Below, one piece after another: positions 55,541 to 64,000 of a DNA stretch of 64,000 nt. Origin of the DNA: Vicugna vicugna (lineage: Eukaryota); assembly GCA_013265495.1 (NCBI GenBank), contig MU058198.1, forward strand, positions 322,419 to 386,418, read 5' to 3'. The translations under genes and the position numbers were made by a program. Each line of letters begins with the position of its first letter. Position 1 is the stretch's first letter. The notes below the pieces were generated by a model, which saw only the letters and a list, made by a program, of their open reading frames with translations, ran no database searches and was not told the origin of the DNA.

Positions 55541-56811
55541 TGTAGAGTTGGGTACCCAACCCTGGAACCAGGAGGTGGGGTGAGTCCTGCCCTAACCATG
55601 GGGACTGTGGGAGGGGTGTCCCCCAAGAAAAGTCAAGGTGCTGTGCTGGAAGGAGGAGGATGGGGGTTTTTAGCGTTTGAAAACAATAATTGGCCACCAC
55701 ATTGGGGTATGTCTCTTAACCTCGCTTTACTTCAATCACCCATCTGTAAAATGGGAGTAATACTAACAAGGTAACTTATTTTTCCCCCTATCTTCAACCA
55801 CGTGAAGACGGGCAATGCTCTAGATCAGGGGTCAGCAAATGTTTTTTGGTAAAGGGCCAGGGAGTAAAGGCTTGCGGGCACAACCACTCAGTCTGCTGCT
55901 GTGGCCTGAAGGCAGCCGTAACAAAGCACGTGCTGCAAACTGGGTGGCTTAAAACAATGGAAATTCATTCCATTTATTGGAGGCTCCTTCCTGGCCTCTT
56001 CCAGCTTCTCACGGCTCCAGGTGTGCCTGGGCTTGTGGCTGCATCCCTTTTACCCCTGCCTCCCTCTTCTCCTCCGTGTCTGTATCTTCTCCTTTTCCAC
56101 CTCTTATAAACACACCTGTCATTGGATTTAGGGCCCTTGGGGTTAATACCAGTGATCCCCTCTGGAGATCTTAATTCCATCTGCAAAGTCCCTGTTTTCC
56201 AAGTTAAGTTCACAGTCACAAATTCCATGGACACATCTCTGGGGGGAGCCACCTTCCGTAAATGATATATATTGTATTTCTCCTACTGTTTTTCCTTCCT
56301 GTAATCAGTTTCCATAGCTCATTTCCCCCAGGGTTCAAGGTACAGGACCTCAGAACTTTGCACTTGGAAAAATCCACTGTATACGTCAGAGCAAACACAA
56401 AATCATGTATTCATTCACTTCTTACCCAGCATCCCATAGGCCAGGCAGCGGGGAAGGTGAAGGGACAGAGGGGGCTGGGTGCTCACAGACTAAAACACCA
56501 CCCAGTGGGGGTGGATTCCGAACCCTGCCACTGTTGCATCGACTTCTGGTAATTATTTCATTAAAAATCTCCTATAATGTTTAATATTTGACAGAGGCCA
56601 CTCCTGCTTTTTTTCTAATGGCTCAACAAATACATACACACACCCTTCCCAGCATCTCTGATATCCCAGAGGTGTGTCCCTTGGAGGAAGAATGGTAACA
56701 CTGGAGAGGGGAAAAGAGAAAGAGGCGGCGACTGATTTCCCACCGGAGGCCCAGGGAAGGCTCTCGAGAAGGGACGTCTGACCACGCTTTGAAGGATGGG
56801 AAAGGACAGCA

Positions 56812-57720
56812 GGTTTGATAGCATGTATTTTCCCCACAGACATTTTTGCCGCATAACTAATTGGCTTTAAGGCAATGTTGCTGTCAAAAGATAAAATAAT
56901 GATACATAAAAGAGGGGCATTAAAAAGGACATAATGAAACATGAGAAATAAATAACAAAACTAAAAAGGCTTTTTTGGAAAATACAAAAACATTTGAACA
57001 CATGCAAAATGTATATCGTTTCATGGCAATACTGCACAAGTAATTGATTTTATTTTGCAGGGTTGCACCCAGGTACTTATCTTCCAAGTCTTTCATTCAT
57101 AGTATTTTGCAGATTTTTTTTTTTTTTGCTTATAATTTGTCTCAGGGTTCAGCATTGCACTTTTCCTTTTTCACTAAAATTTCTTCCTTAAGAGAGGCAT
57201 CAGCTTCCAAATGCTAAGATGCATACTTGTACCTGAACTTTGTGTCGCTGTTGGGAAAGCTGTATTTTGGGGGCAGACTGTCACGTATCTGCTGATAGAC
57301 GTTCCAAAGTTCTATGGGAAGTGTCGGTTCCACTCTGTGACTTCAACTCACTGAAGGATTTATAAACTGATATGTTCCCATTTTCTAGCACAGTATGCAG
57401 TCTGGCTTATGCTCTCTTATTTCGCACTTTCAGTGAGTTTTATCACTGTATTTTCTATCAAGTCTATATATATGTAGTTGTTATCATCCACAATTTTAAG
57501 ACCACCATGCCTACCCATCACTTACAGATCATCAAGAGAGTTAAGGTTGACGGAATATAAAAATGGAAGTCCTGTGTCAATGAAGAAATGAAACCAAACT
57601 GTCAACCAGTTATTTTATCTTTTACAGCAAAACCGCCTCACGGTCAGTCAGTTATGCAGCAAAAATGCTTGTGACGAGGATGTCTGTGCAAAGATGCTTG
57701 TGGTGCAAGTCCCTGGAACC
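56812..57720 (-). mobile_element. Mutator-like (MULE/MuDR, Ricksha-like) DNA transposon fossil with long TIRs and transposase remnants
   Basis: Inverted repeats at ~56840-56900 and ~57611-57668; minus-strand peptide remnants VEPTLPIELWNVYQQIRDSLP and MHLSIWKLMPLLRKK. Confidence 0.7.
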
Positions 57721-57959
57721 GTTCCGGGAGAAACTGTGTGTGCCTCTGGTTGCAGCCCTGCCCTTGTGGTGTCTCCCGAAATGCTCAGAACCAGCCCAGT
57801 GAGGTTGAGGCTCTTATCCATGCCGTTTCACATATGGGCAAAGTGAGGCAGAGAGAGGGCAAGTAATATATTCCAAGTCACACAGCTGGCAAGGCTGACT
57901 CCAGGGCTGGGCTCTTCAACCCTCTGCTTCACTCCCTTTCACACTGTAAAGGGTTTTCT

Positions 57960-58436
57960 AGCCACACCTCATTTTATGGTACGTTGCTTCATTGTCCTTC
58001 ACCTGTACTATGTTTTCTACAGGGTGAAAGATTTGTGACCACCCTGCAAGCAAATCTGCTGGTGCCGTATTGTTTTCAACAGCGTTTGCTTACTTCATGT
58101 CTGTGGGTTACGTTTTGGTAATTCGCACAATATTTTGTATTTATTCATTATTACTATATTTGTTATGGTGATCTGTGATCCATGGTCTTTGACGTTACTA
58201 CTTTGACTCACCAAAGGCTCAGATGATGATTAGCATTTCTTAGCAACAAAGTATTTTTCAATTAAGGTGTGTACTTTTTTTTTTTTGACATAATGCCATT
58301 GCATAGTTAATAGACTACAGCATGGTGTAAACACAACTTTCACATGCACTGGGAAACCAAAAACATTCATGTGACTTACTATTGTGATGCTGCAGGGGTC
58401 TGGAACCAAACCTGTGACACCTCCTGGATGTGCCTG
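57960..58436 (+). mobile_element. Internally deleted Tigger1 (TcMar) element
   Basis: Both Tigger1 ends joined (CACCTCATTTTAT...GGCTCAGATGATGATTAGCATT...GATGTGCCTG), followed by TA. Confidence 0.8.
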
Positions 58437-59030
58437 TATAGCACGGAAAGGGCACATTCTGGGAAGGCAGGTTCATTTATGTTTGTCTCTATCTCCCTAA
58501 CCAGGTGATGAGGTTCTTGGAGTCAAGGGCTTTGCCATAGTCATCTTGGTATCCCCATCACTCAACCTCATGTCTGGTACTTTATAGAGCTTTACGGAAA
58601 GAAAGAGGGGAGGGAGGGAGAGAGGAAATGGGGGAGGGAGGGAGGAAGCAAGGAAGAAGGAAGGATATTTCGACTCACAGAAATTCAGGGAGACCATTCC
58701 AGGTAGTGGACACAAAGTGTGCAAGTGTTAGAGGAGCGTGTAACAGTTGGGGGAACGGGATGTCGGACTGCTGTTATGAAGTCTGGAGTTTGTGAATGGA
58801 CACTGCGGGTTTCACCGGCCATCCACTCTAGCCTTCTTCCAACAAGCCTTCCACAGGCAGCTCTGTCTTAGGGACACAGGCAGTGGCTCCCTCGGTGACC
58901 CCGTTCTGCTGTGTGACCTAGGTATCTTTTCTGGAATTTGAGCTCAGAGTCCTTTCCTGCAGCTTTCCCAGTGATTCTCAAAGCATCTGTGATAAATGAT
59001 CTGGTGCTGTTTCTTTAAAACTTCCCTGTG

Positions 59031-59110
59031 AAATCAATAAAAAATATTTTTAAAAAATGGCACAACATTGTAAAATGATTATAAATCAATAAAAAATGTT
59101 TAAAAAAAAA
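59031..59110 (+). mobile_element. Very short L1 3'-end insertion with poly(A) and TSD
   Basis: TGGCACAACATTGTAAAATGATTATAAATCAATAAA plus A-tail, flanked by AAAACTTCCCTGTG / AAGACTTCCCTGTG. Confidence 0.7.
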
Positions 59111-61049
59111 AAGACTTCCCTGTGGGTTCTCCTGTGCATAACTATTACACAGCTCATGTCATGCAACTCAGAATGCCCACACTGGTCGATCCTCTCCTCA
59201 GAAAGATGCCCCCATCAGCCACTTTTGTAAATGTCACAGCAATGTCAAGTTGATGCAGATGTGTCTAAACACTTACTCTCAGGACCAGGGCAGCCAGTAG
59301 CAAGGGAGCCTGACTTCCAGCTTTGCCAACAGTGCCACTCAGTCCGGGGAGGGGGTGACCAAGAGACCCAAACTTATCTTCTCTCCTGAGGAGTCTGAAT
59401 GGGACACAGAAGCCGGGAGGAAGCAGGATTCAGAATTAAGCTGAAACCATAAATAAAGGGAAGGATGGAATAGATGGAGGCCTTGAGGAAGCAGAAACCA
59501 TTGCAGGTGCGAGGAGGGTGGGAAGAAGCCAGGAAAGCAAAGCAGCTGACCCACAGATGGTGGAGGTCAGAGCTGATCGTTGGGGCACTACTGCTGCTGG
59601 TGCCCAGAAGACATTCCAGGCCCCCTTCCTGTTTCATGAGCAGCTGTCCCAGTTCCCCGTGGACCCTAATAGTAATCCCCACTGGGATCTGAGAGCAAAT
59701 GAGCGTGTCTCTCCCCTGCACCCCAGACTCGGAGGTGGGGAGGGTGTCTAGCCTGGTTCCCTAGAAAACCTGAGCGCAGCTGGTATATGAACGTGTTATT
59801 GGAGGTGCAAACCCACGGAAGCAAGAGTGAGGGCAGAGGGGATGAAGCAGGGGAGGAAGGGGGACACGTGCAATACGGCGTGTGACAGAGGTGGCCACGG
59901 CATTGCTACAAACACAGCTGGCTCCCCGGTCACCAAGGAGGCAGCACAAAGCCTCTTCATCTCTAAATGGCTGAGGAGAAAAAGGGCGGACAATCGAACT
60001 GATGGCTCCCTCCCATCTCCTGCCCCTCATCTGTCAAAGTACATGCAGGGCACTAACCGGTTGCACTCCCCACCGTGTCCTGGGCCTGATAGAGAAGGCA
60101 GGGTCTCTGCGGGTCCAGGCCGATCTGAGCACACGCGGGCAGGCTCTCCTCAGTTGGCACCATGCAGAGGAAGGCCTTGGTTGGTGGCAGTGACAGAACT
60201 GGCTCTTTCTAATAGTGAGAATGGAACAAGTCATGGCTAGGACCGCACTGGGCAAGAAGCAACGTGTGAAGACAGGGCTGAATCAATGCAGGGTGGCCCA
60301 TAAACTGGGCCTGGTGAAAAGGCTCCCTGGGGGAGGTGTCTACTAAGCTGATTCTGGAGGATGAATTGATCATTGCCAGATAAAGGGATGAAGGAAACCA
60401 GCTGTGTAGAAGTCCCTTCATGTATGAAATCCTGGAGAAATGAAAGACATGGTTTTGATTTCAGGAGGTCTGAAGTTTTGGTCTGAGGAGAGAAATGTTG
60501 AAAAGTGAGATGGAAGAGCTGTTTACATTGTGTACCATGTTATTTGATTAGAATGCTCTTGGTTACTGGTAACAGAAGACCCCAGCTCAGCTGATTTAAT
60601 TGACAAGGACATGTTACAACTTCACAAACTGGAAATCTGGAGGTGGAGTGACTCCAGGCTTGCTTAATTTAATGATTCAACCATGCCTCAAGTTCCTTCC
60701 ATCTTTCTGTTCTATCACCTACAGGCTAGCTCTCCTCCTGGTCACAGAATGGCTGCCACGGTTCCAAGCATCACATCCAGACACAGCAGCATCCCTCAGA
60801 AGATGCACCAGCACCATGCCTGGCATTTTATAGAGGTGGCTGTCTCCTTTGGATCTGATTTAAGAGTAGGGAGATATTTTGCAGAAATCTCTGAGCAGAA
60901 CTTTCTACAAGTTTTGTGGCCTAGAATTGCATCTTATTTAGGCCCAAACCAGTCACTGGTAAGAGAAATGGATTTCCCTGGTTGGCTTATATCCATGAGG
61001 ATTTACCTCTAACTAAGGTACAGTCACCTTTGTTAAGAGTTGATACCTG

Positions 61050-61340
61050 GTCCATCGACAGATGACTGGATAAAGAAATTATAATATTTATGTAATGCAA
61101 TACTACTCAGCCATAAAAAAGAACAAAACAATGCCATTTGCAGCAACATGGATGGACCTGGAGATTGTCATTCTAGGTGAAGTAAGTCAGAAAGAGAAAG
61201 AAAAATACCATATGAGCTCACTTATACGTGGCATCTAAAAGAAAGACAAATGAACTTACTTACAAAACAGAAACAGACTCACAGACATAGAAAACAAACT
61301 TATGGTTATATTTTGGGAGTTCTAGATTTGCGGATACTAA
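61050..61340 (+). mobile_element. L1 fragment (ORF2 end / 3'UTR)
   Basis: TACTACTCAGCCATAAAAAAGAAC...GCCATTTGCAGCAACATGGATGGACCTGGAG. Confidence 0.85.
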
Positions 61341-61397
61341 AATCAGACATTCTGCTTCTGCACATTACATTGGCTGGAACTTAGTCACATGATGTGA

Positions 61398-62199
61398 TGT
61401 TGTGACTTATAATAAGAATTATATATTTGGTCTTCATCCCTGTTCCTGGCACAGAGCTCTTAAAACCCTTGGAATTGCCTAATTGATGAGAGCAGTAAAG
61501 GTGTCTTGTTTTGTCAGTGAGATGACTTTTGGAAGCACCTAAGTGTAGGGGCTGGCTGCCAGGAGAACCAAGTTCATGATTAGAGAGGGTTGGAACTTTA
61601 AATCCCATCCCCCTGACCTCCAGGGAGGGGAGAGGGGCTGGAGATTGAGCTCAATCACCAGTGCCCAATGATCCAACCAATCGTGTCTATGTACTGAAGC
61701 CTCCATAAAACCCCAAAGGACGGGGTTTGGAGAGGTCCAACTGGTGAGCACATGGAGGTGCAGAGAGCGTGGTGCACTCGGAGAGGACATGGAAGCTCTG
61801 TTCTCCACCCCTCCACACCCTGCCCTGTGCATCCCTTCCATCTGGCTCTTCCAGGGTTATATCCTTTTATAGTAAACCCATTCTAGTGAGTGACATGTTT
61901 CTCTGAGTTCTGTGAGTCACTCTCGCAAATGAACTGAACCCAAGGTGGGAACAGGGGTTGCTGGAATCTCCCATCTATAGCTGGTGAGTCAGAAGCACAG
62001 GTGATAACCTGATTGCAGTTGCATCTGAATGGGGAATAGGGGGTGGGGAAGCTGAGTCCTTCACCTGTGGATCTGACACTGCCTCCGGGCAGATAGCCTC
62101 AGAATTGAGTTGAATTGTAGGACACCCAACCAGTATCATAAAATTGCTTGGGGCTGTGGGAAAAATCCCCTCCACACGTTGAAATTGGTCCCAGGATCA
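61398..62199 (+). mobile_element. MER21-like solo LTR
   Basis: TGTTGTGAC...GTTCCTGGCACAGAGCTCTTAAAACCCTTGGAAT...GAATTGAGTTGAATTGTAGGACACCCA. Confidence 0.75.
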
Positions 62200-64000
62200 T
62201 ACATCGCTACATATTACACAAAGGAGACTGGGAGATGCAGTCGCTACCCTAGATAGCATGTATCCTGCTAAAAATAAGTGTTTTATTACTATGGAAAAGG
62301 AAGAGAATAAATATTAGGGGACAGCCATCAGCCATCGTAGGCAACCAACAGTATTTGCTCTCTGGGCTGCTGTGCATCCGCTCCGTCCTAACTGTGATTT
62401 ATTGTTTGTGTGATTACTAATTCAATGTTTGTACTTCTAAATATATCGTAAGTTTTTTTGTGAGCAGGTACCTTATCTGTCCTGTACGCACTCAGTTACT
62501 AATTGTTAAATGACTGGATGATAAAAAAAAAGAAGTGGATCTTAAATATTTTCAGAATCCAGCAATGTAGCCGTAGATTGATGAAGAGCTTCTCACTAGA
62601 AAATGTTTTCCCCTCATCTCCCTTTCCGAAGCCACTGTTTACAGAAGAGTCATGAATCATGAAGTCACCATCAGTCAAAGGGAAGCTTCCGTCTGGCAGA
62701 GATGAAGGGCCGAGAGAGAGCTAATGAGTCTGTAATGCAATTTGGTACCAATGAAACGGTGCGATATTCAATTCGAGGCTGTGGGATTTACACCATAAAT
62801 CCCACACAGTTAGAGAGTAAGAACCCGGTCCCCCACCTGCTCCTGTGCCTCTGGTTTGAGTCATTTTATGGACACAGGCTTCCCACTGACATTGTCGGGT
62901 GATGTCATAGGGAGAATTTTGACAGTTATTGTATTTCTGGCTGGAGGGCCAGTGGAGCCAAAGAGACTCAGAACTGAGTGCAACATCAATCACCGAGTTC
63001 AGGAGGCACCGTCTATAGAGCTAATGAGTCGGATCCAGGCCCCTGGCCTCTGTCTCCTGCGATCAGCCTGGTGACGGCGGTCAGCCAGTCCCAAGCGTTT
63101 ACCACTTGGCAGGCAATGTTCTCATTAGGCACTTTACGTGATGGAGCCCATCCGGCTCTCACCGCCCAGAACAAGCTTATGAGGGAGGGTCTGTTGGGCC
63201 TGGGCAACAGCAAAATAAGACATGAAGGGATTTTTTCATACAGTTCAGTTTACAGTGGAATCTCATCTCGAAAGGTAGGGATATTTCAAAGTCAGCACAC
63301 AGCAAAAGAAAATTGAATTTAGCTCAAATTACCCTTAATAGATAGGCATAGGGGTTCAGTTCAGATTACACATGTGTCAAAACTCATCGAGTGGTCTGTT
63401 TCAAACTTGTGCATTTCACTGTATCTAAATTTTACCTCAAAAAATCAAAGACGTTGGATTCTAGTGAGTGATATACATGCTTAAGCATTTAGGGGTGGTG
63501 TGTACTGGCTTCAGCAAGTGCCTTTGAAATGTATCAAAAAATAAGATGGACTGATTGACAGGTGGAGAGAGGGATGGATAAACAGACATAGGAGAAAGCA
63601 GTGATGTTTAACGTTAAAGGTTGGATCTAACAGGTGGTTATATGGGTGTTCTCTATACAATTCTTTCAATTTCTCTGTATATTTGAAAAATGTTTTTAAT
63701 AATGTTGAAAGAGAAAAATACATTTGAAATCCTGTTAGGAAGTTGCTATTTTGGAAACTGACATTCTGTCTCTTGTTGGTCATCACAGTCAGACTTTTCT
63801 CCAGGACTGAAACGCTGACAGTTTCAGTGCTTGGGCTCCTGATGAAGGAGCTGGTTTGAGTTCATGGGCCAAGTTGTGGGAATAATGTGGCTCTTCGGGC
63901 ACCCAGCTGTAAGTGATGAGCAAGGTTGTCCATGCTATTTAAAGCATTCTCTCTCACACCCCAAAGCATTTTTGTTTATGCAGCTGTAAAATAAAATTCA

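Noticed and set aside
54000..64000. COQ7 exons expected from synteny
   Set aside because: No recognisable COQ7 coding sequence; the gene probably lies beyond the right edge.

Overview
Mammalian (eutherian) genomic DNA, most likely a camelid, because it carries two tRNA-Ala-derived SINEs of the vic-1 type. I recognise two protein-coding genes, both on the minus strand. ITPRIPL2 is intronless (CDS 53124..51526, 532 aa, membrane-anchored Mab-21/cGAS-like fold), sits in a CpG island, and has a probable ~4.6 kb 3'UTR. SYT17 (synaptotagmin-17, B/K) contributes its 5' half: coding exons 1-4 at 12784-12770, 9059-9042, 8387-8239 and 2504-2356; the C2-domain exons lie off the left edge. This order matches the human COQ7-ITPRIPL2-SYT17 block as I recall it. 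The rest is intronic or intergenic DNA rich in MIR/L2, L1, MaLR/ERV LTRs and DNA-transposon fossils, and nearly all other ORFs in the track are spurious. I found no convincing new biological system. The best second-look items are: an ATG-only alternative first exon of SYT17 feeding an 18-nt microexon; the degenerate nucleotidyltransferase site and an overlapping uORF of ITPRIPL2; a hairpin plus palindromic poly(A) signal at the ITPRIPL2 3' end; a Mutator-like (MULE) fossil that keeps transposase motifs; an LTR-borne CTCF site; and a miR-1302-like MER53 hairpin. Repeat family names and orthologue comparisons are from memory, not from a search, and repeat boundaries are approximate unless termini are stated.
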